Shown: positions 1 through 10,075 of the stretch, piece after piece | Layout: each line of letters begins with the position of its first letter | How positions within the stretch are numbered: the stretch's first letter is position 1 | IMG/VR virus record: IMGVR_UViG_3300037418_002791 | Span: 1-64,000 of that record | Origin: a virus | Taxonomy: Duplodnaviria > Caudoviricetes | DNA: 64,000 bases | Reading direction: 5' to 3' (one strand) | Notes under the pieces: model-generated | What the model was told of the DNA's origin: nothing | Databases searched by the model: none | What the model saw: only the letters and a program-made list of their open reading frames with translations | Position numbers and translations under genes: made by a program

Positions 1-102
1 ACGAAACGCGCGGCGAAACAGAAAAACGAAAATATGTGGCCCCAGGACCGGCGGATGCCGAAAGCGGCCCTGACCTGCGGCTTACCGAGGAAGTGGTTAC
101 CG

Positions 103-303
103 ATGAGGAATCTGTTCGCCCGCCTGTTCCGGCCCGCTCGGCGTCAGATCGCCGGCGACAACTCCGTACAGATCATGGGCGACAACATCTCGATGACGTT
201 CTTCGACGAACTCAATCCCTGGCGCGACGCCGGTGTGATCGCCCTTCATTCGCACACCGCCGAGGAACCGTGCGATGAGACCTGCTCGGTCTACGAGCGC
301 TAG
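103..303 (+). CDS. hypothetical protein
   Basis: ORF 34..303; ATG at 103 follows a GAGGAAG RBS-like sequence. Confidence 0.4.
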   Translation: MRNLFARLFRPARRQIAGDNSVQIMGDNISMTFFDELNPWRDAGVIALHSHTAEEPCDETCSVYER

Positions 304-313
304 GCGGCGGGGA

Positions 314-469
314 ATGAAAGCCGCCGTCCTGATCGACCTTCTTCTTGCCCATCTGTGCACGGGATTGGGCCTGCATGAGTACGCCGACGAGCTATATCGA
401 TCGGCCGTGGAGGCGGTGAATCAATGGGAGGCAGAGGTTCCGGCCGCATCGGCAAGCCGACGCACCTGA
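314..469 (+). CDS. hypothetical protein
   Basis: ATG at 314 within ORF 275..469, same orientation as the terminase genes. Confidence 0.35.
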   Translation: MKAAVLIDLLLAHLCTGLGLHEYADELYRSAVEAVNQWEAEVPAASASRRT

Positions 470-888
470 AGGTACTCGAAGGCGTTCAGGAGAGCCGCAT
501 CAATCGCGACGAGCCCGTGCCGGCCGAAGCGTCCCTGCAACCGCCGGTGGAATTGGACCCCGCGGCGCGCGAGGTCTGGGATCGCCTGGCGCCGGACATG
601 ATCGAGAAGAACGTACTCACCAACTGGGACCTCGACCAGTTCGCCGTCTTCTGCGATGCGGTCGCGGTCTACCACGAATGCAAGTCCCTGATGGGCAACA
701 ACTACACCGAGCGCGGCGCTGCCGGCGGTGTCATCAAATCGCCGTACTGGCAGATCATGCGCGACTGCCAATCGATCATGACGCAGATCGGCGCCCGGTA
801 CGGACTAACACCCAGCGACCGCGCGGGCCTCGCCGTGGGCGGTAACGAGCCCGAAGAGGGCGCAGGCGCGGAAAGGCTGCTGTCTTGA
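424..888 (+). CDS. terS: terminase small subunit (P27 family)
   Basis: MGGRGSG...KPTHLKVLEG...P; D-x-F-x-x-C; KSPYWQIM...YGLTPSDRA C-terminal signature; upstream of large terminase. Confidence 0.85.
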   Translation: MGGRGSGRIGKPTHLKVLEGVQESRINRDEPVPAEASLQPPVELDPAAREVWDRLAPDMIEKNVLTNWDLDQFAVFCDAVAVYHECKSLMGNNYTERGAAGGVIKSPYWQIMRDCQSIMTQIGARYGLTPSDRAGLAVGGNEPEEGAGAERLLS

Positions 889-1121
889 GTGAACCCGTGG
901 AATCCGAATCGGCCGAGCTGCTGATGGAGCGGATCGAAATCCGGCGCGTGATGCGGGCTGGCGGCGAAGAAGTCGTCTCGATGGAGGCGGTCGATGCGCT
1001 CGGCGAGCCGATGGGCGTCTTCGAGGCCATGAACCTGCTCGAGTTCTCGAAGGTCCAGCTGATGACCGACATGGTTCGCAGCCTCATTTTCGACGAAGAA
1101 GAAGACGAGGACGAGGACTGA
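885..1121 (+). CDS. hypothetical protein
   Basis: Overlaps terS stop by 4 bp; acidic, phage-like codon use. Confidence 0.6.
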   Translation: MSEPVESESAELLMERIEIRRVMRAGGEEVVSMEAVDALGEPMGVFEAMNLLEFSKVQLMTDMVRSLIFDEEEDEDED

Positions 1122-1519
1122 TGAGCGATATTGCAGGCGAATTGCGGCAGGTTGTCGCCGAATTGAAGGTCATCGCACCGGGATTGACGCATATTCACGC
1201 CCAGATTGACGGGATTCTGTCGAAATTGGACGGTCAGGCAGTGGTTCCGGCGTTCGACATCGGTCCGGTTATCGGCGGCACCATCCGTGTTGCGTCCGAA
1301 GATGCGCCGCCCGAGGCGATCCTCAGTCCCTCGACGTGGACCGCGATGGCGTTCAACCCCGAGTTCGAGGCCGGCGTGAAGATTCCGACCAACGCCAAGC
1401 GGGTCCTGGAGATCGAGGACGACGAGCCGGCCGAGGAATGGGACGAAGACGAAGATCTCGCCCACCTCGACGACGAAGACGAAGGCAATGAGCCGGGAGA
1501 CGAACCCGACGCTGCCTGA
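1121..1519 (+). CDS. hypothetical acidic protein
   Basis: TGATG coupling to the previous gene. Confidence 0.6.
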   Translation: MSDIAGELRQVVAELKVIAPGLTHIHAQIDGILSKLDGQAVVPAFDIGPVIGGTIRVASEDAPPEAILSPSTWTAMAFNPEFEAGVKIPTNAKRVLEIEDDEPAEEWDEDEDLAHLDDEDEGNEPGDEPDAA

Positions 1520-3203
1520 GTGCGGCTTCGTACTCGACGGGATCGAGTGTCACGAGGTCGGCGATCACTTCTGTGTTCCGCGCGCGGACCATTGCCAGAA
1601 GTTCATCGAGGAGCTGTGTCTCCATACCAAGGGCCAGTTCTTCCGGAAGCGGTTCATCCTCGCCGATTGGCAGCGCGACGAGATCGTGCGGCCGTTGTTC
1701 GGCGAGGTCGAATGGTCCGAGGAGTTCCAGGCGTACAAGCGCCGCTACGAGATTGCCTGGATCGAAGTCGCCCGCAAGAACGGCAAGACCGAACTCTTGG
1801 CCGCGCTGATGCTGTATCTGCTCGTCGCGGACTCCGAAGAGTCGGCCGAGATCTACGGCGTCGCCAAGAACCGTGAGCAGGCGTCGCTTTGCTTCGACGT
1901 GGCCGCGCAGATGGTCAATTTGCAGCCGGTGCTGTCGAAGCGGCTGAAGATCATCAAGCACAAGAAGCGCATCTACGACGCCAAGACCAACAGTTTCTAT
2001 CAGGTGATCGCGGCCGACGCCGGCGGTGCGCTCGGTTCGAACCCGCACGGCGTCGGCGCCGACGAGATTTGCGCCTGGCACGACGGCGGCATGTGGGACT
2101 CGATGCGCACCGGCATGGGTTCGGGCGCGCGGCGGCAGCCGATGATGATCGCCGCGACCACCGCGGGCACCGACACCGAGTCTTTCGCCGGGAAGATGCA
2201 CCGCGAGATGTTGGCCAACTGGGAGCGGGCCGACGACGATCCGGAGAAGCTGCACCACATCTTCGCGTTCATCCGCAACACCCCGATGGACGCTGATCCG
2301 TGGGATGAGTCGCAGTGGTATCACGCATCGCCCGCGCTGGGTGACTACCTCTCGATCGAGGCGTTCCGCAAGCAGGCGGCCGAAGCCAAGGCTAATCCGC
2401 TGCTGGAGAACGGGTTTCGCGTCCTCAAGCTCAACCAGTGGACGACGCAGGCCGTGCGCTGGATGCCGATGCACCTCTACGACGAGGCGGCCGGCCCGAC
2501 GTATTCGACCGCACGGGAAGCGCGCGAGGTATTCACCGGCTGCGACTGCTGGTTCGGGCTGGACCTTGCTGCGCGCCAGGACCTTACGGCGATGGCGTAT
2601 CTGTTCCCTGCCGACGACGGCAGCGTGGATCTGCTGTATCGGTTCTGGTGCTGTGAAGCGGCGCTGGCGAAGCTGGACAAGCTCAACGGCGGCCGATTCG
2701 TGCGCGAGTTCGTCGAGGGCGGATGGCTGACCGTCACCGACGGCGATGTCCTGGACTTCCAGAAGGTCTACGACGACATCGAGGCGGACTCGATGCGGTT
2801 CAACCTTCTCGGCGGTGACGCGGACAAATGGTCGTCGGACCCGGTGCTGCAGGAGATTCAGAACCGCATCTACGTACCGGACGACATCTTCGCCTACCAA
2901 AACGACTACAACCACATGTCCGATTCGATGCATCGGATTCTGGAGATGGTCATCGAGAAGAAGTTCCGCACACACGGAAATCCGTTGGCGCGGTTCTGCT
3001 TTGAAGGCGCGGAGGCGCGCATCGCGAGTTACAACCCCGACCTGGTGAAGCCGGACAAACCCGATCGCAACACCGCATCCAAACGTATCGACGCTGTTCC
3101 CGCATCAATCATGGCCGTCAATGCGTGGTGGACCCGCGGCGGCATCGGCGAAATGTCGGTCTACGCGACACGAGAGCCCATGGTTGTGGGATTGGAGGGC
3201 TGA
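1488..3203 (+). CDS. terL: terminase large subunit
   Basis: Walker A VARKNGKT, Walker B VGADEIC, TTAG motif, nuclease GLDLA and C-terminal RIDAVPA. Confidence 0.95.
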   Translation: MSRETNPTLPECGFVLDGIECHEVGDHFCVPRADHCQKFIEELCLHTKGQFFRKRFILADWQRDEIVRPLFGEVEWSEEFQAYKRRYEIAWIEVARKNGKTELLAALMLYLLVADSEESAEIYGVAKNREQASLCFDVAAQMVNLQPVLSKRLKIIKHKKRIYDAKTNSFYQVIAADAGGALGSNPHGVGADEICAWHDGGMWDSMRTGMGSGARRQPMMIAATTAGTDTESFAGKMHREMLANWERADDDPEKLHHIFAFIRNTPMDADPWDESQWYHASPALGDYLSIEAFRKQAAEAKANPLLENGFRVLKLNQWTTQAVRWMPMHLYDEAAGPTYSTAREAREVFTGCDCWFGLDLAARQDLTAMAYLFPADDGSVDLLYRFWCCEAALAKLDKLNGGRFVREFVEGGWLTVTDGDVLDFQKVYDDIEADSMRFNLLGGDADKWSSDPVLQEIQNRIYVPDDIFAYQNDYNHMSDSMHRILEMVIEKKFRTHGNPLARFCFEGAEARIASYNPDLVKPDKPDRNTASKRIDAVPASIMAVNAWWTRGGIGEMSVYATREPMVVGLEG

Positions 3204-3443
3204 TTGTTGTTCGGAAAGACCTCCCTGGGCGACGTGGTGAAAGAGTGCCTGTGGGTCACGACCATCGCAGGGCTGCCCAACTTCGCCGGCGTGCTGCTCA
3301 AGGTGCATGTCGGAAAAGACGGGGTGCACTACGAATTCGCCGACGTGAAGCCCGAGGGCTCGACCGTGGGCGCTGACGGCGCCTTCTTCATTCCCAAAGA
3401 GCACGTCGCCTACATGCAGAAGGCAACCCGTGCTGCTGTCTAA
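3204..3443 (+). CDS. hypothetical protein
   Basis: Fills the terL-portal gap with coupled ends. Confidence 0.55.
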   Translation: MLFGKTSLGDVVKECLWVTTIAGLPNFAGVLLKVHVGKDGVHYEFADVKPEGSTVGADGAFFIPKEHVAYMQKATRAAV

Positions 3444-5031
3444 CGGGCAGGCGCTCTCTATTGCGCCGCAAGCACTTTCGGAGTTGGTGCCGCAACTCGA
3501 GCTGTCGTACTACTACCCCGACGGCATCGGGATGGAGCTGGAGCGCAACTTCGCGCTCTACGGCGAGATCTACAAGCGCAATCCGTGGGTGTTCACCGTA
3601 ATCGACAAGCGCGCAAAGGCTTTGGCGCGTCTGCCGCTCGAGGTGTGGAACGAGAACGGCGACACCCGCGAACTCGACGAGACCTCCGACTACGCCAAGC
3701 TCATCGCCGATCCGTGCCGCGGGTTCATGGACCCCTACTCGTTCTGGCACTGGGTGCTGTCGACCTGGGATATCTACGGTGAGGCGTTCCTCGCGATCTA
3801 CCGGCGGCCGAACGGTCAGCCGTTCCTGCTGCTGCCGATGCATCCGACCCGGGTGGCGATCAAGCGCGATCCGGATACCGGTCGCTACACCTACCTGTTC
3901 CAGGGCGGCCCGCTGTCCAACGGCGACGGGCTGATTCAGTTCGACGAAGCCGATGTCGTCCCGTTCAAGTCCTACAACCCCGTGCATATCGAGCGCGGGC
4001 TGTCGAAGCTCGAGCCGCTGCGCTCGACCCTGATGAACGAGGATTCGTCGCGCAATGCCACCTCGGCGATGTGGCGCAACGGCGGCCGGCCGCTGATCTC
4101 GCTGGAGACAGACAAGGTTCTCGGCGACACCGGCCTGAAGAACGTCCAGGCGGCATATCAGGCGCTTCACGCCGGCAGCAACAACTACGGCAAAGCGTTG
4201 GTGCTCGAGCACGGCGTGAAGGCCAACCCGATTCAGCTGACAGCGGTCGAGATGGAGTTCATCAACTCTCTCAAGCTCGACCGCGAAGAGATCTGCGCCG
4301 TCTATGACATCGCCCCGACGATGGTCGGAATCCTCGAGCACGCGACGTTTTCCAACATCAGCGCCCAGATGCGCGCGTTCTACCGCGACACCATGGCGCC
4401 GGTGATCGAGGCGATCGAGTCTGTTGTAGACACCTACGTCGGCGCGCAGTTCGGCACCTACCAAAAGACCAAGCGCGTGGCCCGGTTCGCGGTCGACGAA
4501 GTGATCCGCGGTGACTTCGAGGTCCGCGCCGAGGCCGGTTCGCACATGATCCAGGCCGGCATCGCCACACCGAATGAGGTGCGACACCTGTTGGGGCTCA
4601 GTCGATCTGACGATCCGATGGCCGACAAGCTGTTCGCCAACGGCACGATCCAGCGCCTCGGACAGCCGATGGAGCAGATTCGGCTGCAGGGTGAGCTTGC
4701 CTCCGACCCCGACGGTATTCCGCTGCAGCAACCGGCCGCGCCGCTGCCTCTGCCGAACCCTGCCGCACCGAAACCCGCTGCGCCACGGGCGAATCTGCCG
4801 TCCAAGCCTCCCGCGCTGCCTGCCGCACCGCCGAAGCCGGCGGCCAAGCCGAAGCCGAAGTCGCTGGACTACTCGTTGCCTCCGCTGCGTGAATTCAAGG
4901 GCGGTGTGGGCCGAGGCGAGCGCATCGAGGAATTGGCGCTGCGCCTGGGGGAGAAGTACCCCGATCATCTGCACGAAATTCTTGTCGCTGCCGAGATTGC
5001 CATCTTCGAGCAGAACAAACAGAGGATGTGA
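3430..5031 (+). CDS. portal protein (HK97 family) with Pro/Ala-rich C-terminal extension
   Basis: GEAF, LLPMHP, GLSKLE, LEHGVK, ICAVYDIAP, TPNEVR motifs; position after terL. Confidence 0.95.
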   Translation: MLLSNGQALSIAPQALSELVPQLELSYYYPDGIGMELERNFALYGEIYKRNPWVFTVIDKRAKALARLPLEVWNENGDTRELDETSDYAKLIADPCRGFMDPYSFWHWVLSTWDIYGEAFLAIYRRPNGQPFLLLPMHPTRVAIKRDPDTGRYTYLFQGGPLSNGDGLIQFDEADVVPFKSYNPVHIERGLSKLEPLRSTLMNEDSSRNATSAMWRNGGRPLISLETDKVLGDTGLKNVQAAYQALHAGSNNYGKALVLEHGVKANPIQLTAVEMEFINSLKLDREEICAVYDIAPTMVGILEHATFSNISAQMRAFYRDTMAPVIEAIESVVDTYVGAQFGTYQKTKRVARFAVDEVIRGDFEVRAEAGSHMIQAGIATPNEVRHLLGLSRSDDPMADKLFANGTIQRLGQPMEQIRLQGELASDPDGIPLQQPAAPLPLPNPAAPKPAAPRANLPSKPPALPAAPPKPAAKPKPKSLDYSLPPLREFKGGVGRGERIEELALRLGEKYPDHLHEILVAAEIAIFEQNKQRM

Positions 5032-5037
5032 ATCTAC

Positions 5038-6252
5038 GTGGCCAAGGTCATTCACAAGGCTGTCGCCGATATCGAGAACGCCGATCTGGAATCCGACGCA
5101 TTCCCCAATGGCGGCTTCACTGCTGTTCTCACGACCCCGAGTGTGGATCGTGACGGCGATGAGTTGCAGGCGGAAGACTGGAACGAATTGCCCGACCGCA
5201 TTCCGATCGATATCGACCATGGAATGACCGTGGCCACCACCGTCGGCTCGGGTCATCCGTATTGGGATGAGACCGGCAAGCGCGTGATGATCGACGTCGC
5301 ATTCTCCTCGATTCCCCGGGCGCAGGAAACGCGCACCCTGGTCAAAGAGGGACACATCCGCGGCATCTCGGTGGCATTCCTGACCGACCGGACCAAGAAG
5401 GATGGCACGCCGCGCCGGGAACTGCTGAACGCCGGCATCGTCGCGATTCCCAGCAACAGGGATGCCGTGATTCTCGACGCGAAGAGTGTCACGCCCGAGG
5501 TTGAGCAGTACCGCGAGCGCGATGCCCTGATCGTCGGTAAGGCGGTGTCCGGCAGTCTCGAAGACCTCGGCCGGCGCATCTCCGGCGCGCTGGACAAGCT
5601 GTGTCCGCCGGATTCCTACCCGTGGACTCGGGCGACCTTCCTCAACGACGACGGCTCGAGCGGCACGGTTGTGTACGAACTCGGCGGGGACACGCTGGCG
5701 CGTGACTTCACCGACGACGGCGCAAGCGTGACGTTGGCCAACGATGTACGCGCGGTCGAGCTGACCACCGTGGTCCAGCCCAAGTCGCTGACCTCCAAGG
5801 CCGAGACCAAGGGGTCGCAGGCCGAGACCAGCCTGATCCAGGGCATCCACGATGCCGCCTGCCATCTCGGTGCGACCTGCGCCGGTCAGCAGACCGAACA
5901 GGGCGAGCCCGACCCGGACTCCGGCGCCGACGATGGCGCGAACAGCAAGAGCACCGGCGCGGTGACTCTGACGATCAAGCCGGAACTGGATATGCCGGCG
6001 TTTCAGGAACAGCTGGAAAAGCTGACCGCCCTGACAAAGTCTTCCGGCGACGAGCCGGATTCGCCACACAAAGATGATGAATCGGCACCCGCAGACGCCG
6101 CTTCCGAGGCCGCTTCCGAACAGGAACCCGCCGCAGAGGAATCCGCCGAAGCCGCTGTTGATAATTCCGATGAAGTGGCAGAGAAGCAGGCCGCCGAATT
6201 GATGGCGTCGCTGCTCGATTCAGATCTGCGAATCTCGCAACTGATTTTCTGA
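5038..6252 (+). CDS. prohead (capsid maturation) protease, HK97 type, with acidic scaffold-like tail
   Basis: DRDGD, DIDH, GISVAF, ELLNAGIVAIPSN motifs; between portal and capsid. Confidence 0.85.
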   Translation: MAKVIHKAVADIENADLESDAFPNGGFTAVLTTPSVDRDGDELQAEDWNELPDRIPIDIDHGMTVATTVGSGHPYWDETGKRVMIDVAFSSIPRAQETRTLVKEGHIRGISVAFLTDRTKKDGTPRRELLNAGIVAIPSNRDAVILDAKSVTPEVEQYRERDALIVGKAVSGSLEDLGRRISGALDKLCPPDSYPWTRATFLNDDGSSGTVVYELGGDTLARDFTDDGASVTLANDVRAVELTTVVQPKSLTSKAETKGSQAETSLIQGIHDAACHLGATCAGQQTEQGEPDPDSGADDGANSKSTGAVTLTIKPELDMPAFQEQLEKLTALTKSSGDEPDSPHKDDESAPADAASEAASEQEPAAEESAEAAVDNSDEVAEKQAAELMASLLDSDLRISQLIF

Positions 6253-6332
6253 CAATTCCACTGACCGTTTAACGCAACCCGGAATTCATCGAATTCGCGG
6301 GTGGGCCGGTCATTGTCTTTTGAGAGGGCAAA

Positions 6333-7850
6333 ATGCCTACACGTATTGAACTCGTCGAGGCGGGCGAAAAGATTCGCAAGTCCGTCACCGACATCATGGC
6401 GGACGAGAAGCTGACCGGTGCCGAGCGCATCGAGAAGCTGAAGAAGATCGAAGAGGACAAGAAGTCCTATGACGCCGAGGTCGAGGCGGCCGATCTGGTC
6501 GATTCGATCAAGAAGGGTCTGCCCGCGGAGCCGGGCGTTGCGGCCGAACTGAAGCAGAAGCAGGCGGAGGATTTCGGCGTCGGCGACAACCCGTATGTCA
6601 CCGACTTCACCCCGGGCCGCAAGCGCGCTCAGCTGGCGATGGCTCTGATGCGGTCGCCGCAGATGAAGTCCATGATCGACGCCCTGGGCGGCAAGAAGGG
6701 TACCGACAACGGTCAGCTCCGCAGCGAGTTCGACCACAAGTTCGAGCTGTCGCTCAAGGATGCGACCGCCGCGAACAACGTCATGGGTGAAGGTCTGTAC
6801 GGCAGCACCGGTCCGACGGCCGCGGGTCAGAATCCGTTCCTGCCCGGCGCTTTCGGTCAGGGCATCCAGCCGAACTGGCTGCCCGGAATCGTGGAGCAGC
6901 GTTTCTACAACCTGACCGTCGCGGATCTGATCTCCTCGATTCCGACCACTTCGCCGAACCTGTCGTACCTGGTGGAGGCTACCGCCAACTTCCAGGCCGG
7001 CGCGGTCGCCGAGGGTGGGCTCTACCCCTTCAGCTCGGGGACCTTCTCTCGGGTCTACGAGCAGATCGGCAAGATCGCCAACGCGATGGAGTTCACCGAC
7101 GAGGTTGTCCGTGACGCTCCGATGCTCTACTCGTTCCTGCAGTCTCGCCTGATCGAGGGCATCCAGCGCCAGGAAGAGGTGCAGCTGCTCGCCGGCGGCG
7201 GTGTTCCGGGTGTCAACGGCCTGCTGAGCCGTAGCACCGGCTTCACCACTTCGGCCACCTACGCCGCCGAGACGAACGTGGTCATTCCGGCCGCTTCGAC
7301 TGCTGGTGTCGGTGCTGTGGCCGCGACCATCGCGAGCCTGACTCACGGCCGCGAGATCGTCGGCGATGTGCCGAGCAAGGCGCCGACCGGTCAGCAGATC
7401 GCCGAGGGTGTTCTGAACGCCGCGCTGGACATCCAGCTGGGTCTGTTCCTGAACCCGACCGCGATCATCATGAACCCGATCGACTACAACACCGTGCGGC
7501 TGGCCAAGGACAGCACCGGTCAGTACCTCGGTGGGTCGTTCTTCGGTGCCGATTACGGCAACGCCGCGAACCAGCCCATCGGCGCGCTGGCCGGCGGGCA
7601 GACCCTGTGGGGAATGCGCGTGGTGTGCACTCCGGCCATGCCGAAGGGCTACATCCTGGTCGGCTGCTTCGATCCGGGCGTCATCCAGGCCGCGCGGCGT
7701 GAGGGCATCTCGATGCAGATGACCAACACCAACGGGACCAACTTCGTCAACGGCGAAGTCACCCTGCGGGCCGAGGAGCGGTTGGGCCTGATGGTCTACC
7801 GCCCCAAGGCTTTCCAGCTGGTCAAGCTGGTCAACGGCGCTGCGTCCTGA
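6333..7850 (+). CDS. major capsid protein (HK97 fold, N-terminal delta domain)
   Basis: Coiled-coil N-terminus; AVAEGGLYP, KIANAMEFTDEVVRD, IIMNPIDY, LRAEERLGLMVYRPKAF. Confidence 0.95.
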   Translation: MPTRIELVEAGEKIRKSVTDIMADEKLTGAERIEKLKKIEEDKKSYDAEVEAADLVDSIKKGLPAEPGVAAELKQKQAEDFGVGDNPYVTDFTPGRKRAQLAMALMRSPQMKSMIDALGGKKGTDNGQLRSEFDHKFELSLKDATAANNVMGEGLYGSTGPTAAGQNPFLPGAFGQGIQPNWLPGIVEQRFYNLTVADLISSIPTTSPNLSYLVEATANFQAGAVAEGGLYPFSSGTFSRVYEQIGKIANAMEFTDEVVRDAPMLYSFLQSRLIEGIQRQEEVQLLAGGGVPGVNGLLSRSTGFTTSATYAAETNVVIPAASTAGVGAVAATIASLTHGREIVGDVPSKAPTGQQIAEGVLNAALDIQLGLFLNPTAIIMNPIDYNTVRLAKDSTGQYLGGSFFGADYGNAANQPIGALAGGQTLWGMRVVCTPAMPKGYILVGCFDPGVIQAARREGISMQMTNTNGTNFVNGEVTLRAEERLGLMVYRPKAFQLVKLVNGAAS

Positions 7851-7868
7851 TCCATCTCCGACTCACCT

Positions 7869-7897
7869 GCGGCGGCTCGCTAATTCCGGGCCGCCGC
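7869..7897 (+). terminator. stem-loop after capsid gene
   Basis: GCGGCGGCTCG / CGGGCCGCCGC stem. Confidence 0.55.
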
Positions 7898-7930
7898 GAG
7901 TGGTCGCACTCATATCGATTGGAGGCGTAG

Positions 7931-8140
7931 ATGCCTGAGTCGTACGCCGATGACTACACCATGCGCCTGATCGCGGGTACCCATCCGGACCCTCGCGTCG
8001 CCGCCCGGTGGCTGGTGCCCGACAACGCCGCAGCCAAGCTGGCCGAGGACGAGCCCGAGGCGGAAGAGGTCGAGACGAAAGTTGTTGCCGCACCGCGCAA
8101 ACGAGGCCGTGCACGCACCGCAGAGGCGGAGACGAAGTGA
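7931..8140 (+). CDS. hypothetical protein
   Basis: RBS GGAGG upstream; small gene typical after capsid. Confidence 0.6.
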   Translation: MPESYADDYTMRLIAGTHPDPRVAARWLVPDNAAAKLAEDEPEAEEVETKVVAAPRKRGRARTAEAETK

Positions 8141-8301
8141 CAACCCGCGTCTCCGACGTGATCGGAACCAAGACCGAGGAGCAGGCGCACGCCGACTGGC
8201 TGAAGAAGGCGGAGACGCCGGCCGAGGCCGAGAAGATGGCATCCAAGATCGCTGAGTACGAGAGCCTGCGCCGCCCGATCCGGATGAGCGACATCGCCTG
8301 A
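8137..8301 (+). CDS. hypothetical protein
   Basis: GTGA overlap with previous gene, TGATG with next. Confidence 0.55.
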   Translation: MTTRVSDVIGTKTEEQAHADWLKKAETPAEAEKMASKIAEYESLRRPIRMSDIA

Positions 8302-8885
8302 TGCCGTCGTACCTGGTCAACGACCCGGAGAATCCGCCGGTCTTCGATCCGCTGCAGTACGCCTCGGACTATGTGCGCGCCTATTGCCGGCAGAGCTTCA
8401 CCTACGTCGAAGACGACGTTGTTGTGGTCGATCCGTGGCCGGATTCGTCTGCGTGGCTTCCGGAATGGCCGGTGGAGTCGGTGTCGAATGTCCAAGCGTG
8501 GCTGTTCGATCCGTCGACCGGCGCGTTCTCCTGGACCGCGCTGACCAACTGGGCGTGGACCACTCAAGGCCGGATCTACGACACCACGCCCGTGGTCGTC
8601 GGGGTGATGAGCGCACCGTACCCGTCGTGGCCGAAACTGCCTGAGTCGCTTCGGGTTACCTACACCCACGGCTTTCAGACGATTCCGGACGATCTGCAGA
8701 GCGTTGTCCTGCGGATCGCGGCCGATGTGTCCGACAACCCTGGCTCGGTGCACTCGGAGAAGGTCGGCGACGTCACGACGGTGTGGGCCAACAATCCGGT
8801 GGCCGGCACCGCGGGCGCGCACGTCACTCTGCGCGATCAGGACAAAGCCATTCTCGACAAGTATTCGCGGGTCAGCATCGCGTGA
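8301..8885 (+). CDS. head-to-tail adaptor
   Basis: ASDYVRAYCRQSF...VTYTHGF..IPDDL..VVLRIAA...SEKVGD pattern; synteny. Confidence 0.8.
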   Translation: MPSYLVNDPENPPVFDPLQYASDYVRAYCRQSFTYVEDDVVVVDPWPDSSAWLPEWPVESVSNVQAWLFDPSTGAFSWTALTNWAWTTQGRIYDTTPVVVGVMSAPYPSWPKLPESLRVTYTHGFQTIPDDLQSVVLRIAADVSDNPGSVHSEKVGDVTTVWANNPVAGTAGAHVTLRDQDKAILDKYSRVSIA

Positions 8886-9220
8886 AAAAGCTCGGCAACG
8901 ACACCATCGTGTTGCTGTTGCGCACCGATGGCGCGGTGGATCGCCTCGGCGTGAAGCAGAAGAACGTCAACCATGTTTCGGTGCCGTATTCGTCGTTTCA
9001 GCCGGCGACCGACACCGAATCCGACACCAATACCGATTCCACGATCTCGAAAGATCGCGTCTACTGCCCGCCCACCACGGATGTGCTGAGCGCGAAGACG
9101 ACCGACGGTATCGAATACAACGGCGTCACCTACGAGATTTACGGCGATCCGGAACCGTGGACCGACCGCAAAGGCGTGATTCATCACGTCATGTTCTTTG
9201 TGCGCAAGGCGAGGGGGTGA
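8882..9220 (+). CDS. head-to-tail stopper (head closure)
   Basis: GTG start overlapping the adaptor stop; DGIEYNGVTYEIYGDP..W motif; synteny. Confidence 0.75.
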   Translation: MKKLGNDTIVLLLRTDGAVDRLGVKQKNVNHVSVPYSSFQPATDTESDTNTDSTISKDRVYCPPTTDVLSAKTTDGIEYNGVTYEIYGDPEPWTDRKGVIHHVMFFVRKARG

Positions 9221-9224
9221 CGCC

Positions 9225-9662
9225 GTGGCGAAGGGCGCGGAATACTCGATCAATCACGCGGTGATCGCGCAATTGCTGAAGAACGACCCGGCGGTTTTCG
9301 CTGCGGTATTCGGCATCACCGAGGCGGCGATGGAGCATTGGAAATCCATCGCGCCGGTGAACAGGCATGGCGATATCAACGCCGGCAAGCCGCACACCCT
9401 GAAATCCGGTTACGTCGACAATCCCGGCGACTACAAAAAGTCGATCCGCATGCGCATGATCAAAAACCCGACGCGCATCAAGGGCCGTGTCGAGGCCACC
9501 GACTACAAGTCCTACTGGCTCGAGGGCATCAAGACGGTGAACGCCCACAACGACCCGCCGCCCGAGCCGATGTTCCACACCCTCGCGTGGCTGATGGCCT
9601 CTGGCCTGGCGATTGCCGACAGCAAAGAGAACACCGGCGACGCCGGTGGCGAGGCCGCGTAG
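9225..9662 (+). CDS. neck protein (HK97 gp10-like)
   Basis: PGDYKKSI..GRVEATDYKSYWLE; synteny. Confidence 0.55.
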   Translation: MAKGAEYSINHAVIAQLLKNDPAVFAAVFGITEAAMEHWKSIAPVNRHGDINAGKPHTLKSGYVDNPGDYKKSIRMRMIKNPTRIKGRVEATDYKSYWLEGIKTVNAHNDPPPEPMFHTLAWLMASGLAIADSKENTGDAGGEAA

Positions 9663-9667
9663 TTCTC

Positions 9668-10063
9668 GTGTTCATCGATCACGAAGAAATGCTGGTGGGC
9701 TATCTGCAGCCCATTTCGCCCGGGAATGTGTCGGCGGAAATGCCGAACGACCCTGATCTTCCGTTTGTTCTCGTGACTCGCTTGAGCGGTGGGGACGACC
9801 GGATCACCGAATTCGCCATCATGGAGATTTCGGTATTCCACAACAGCCGATCGAGCGCGTCATCTTCGGCGCGCTCTATGCATTCGATGATGCTCAATCT
9901 GAAACCCTCCACCCTCGGCCTGGCCGCGGGCGGTGTTCCGGTGCGCATTGATCGGGTGTCAACCATTCATGGCCCGTCATGGATGGATTACCGCGACGAA
10001 AACCTACGCCAATACACGGCCCGGTACGTCATCGAGTCGCGGGTTCACTCGCAAAATTCCTAG
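9668..10063 (+). CDS. tail terminator
   Basis: LPFVLVTRLSGGDD...ISVF...IDRV pattern directly before major tail. Confidence 0.75.
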   Translation: MFIDHEEMLVGYLQPISPGNVSAEMPNDPDLPFVLVTRLSGGDDRITEFAIMEISVFHNSRSSASSSARSMHSMMLNLKPSTLGLAAGGVPVRIDRVSTIHGPSWMDYRDENLRQYTARYVIESRVHSQNS

Positions 10064-10075
10064 CAGGAGATTCAC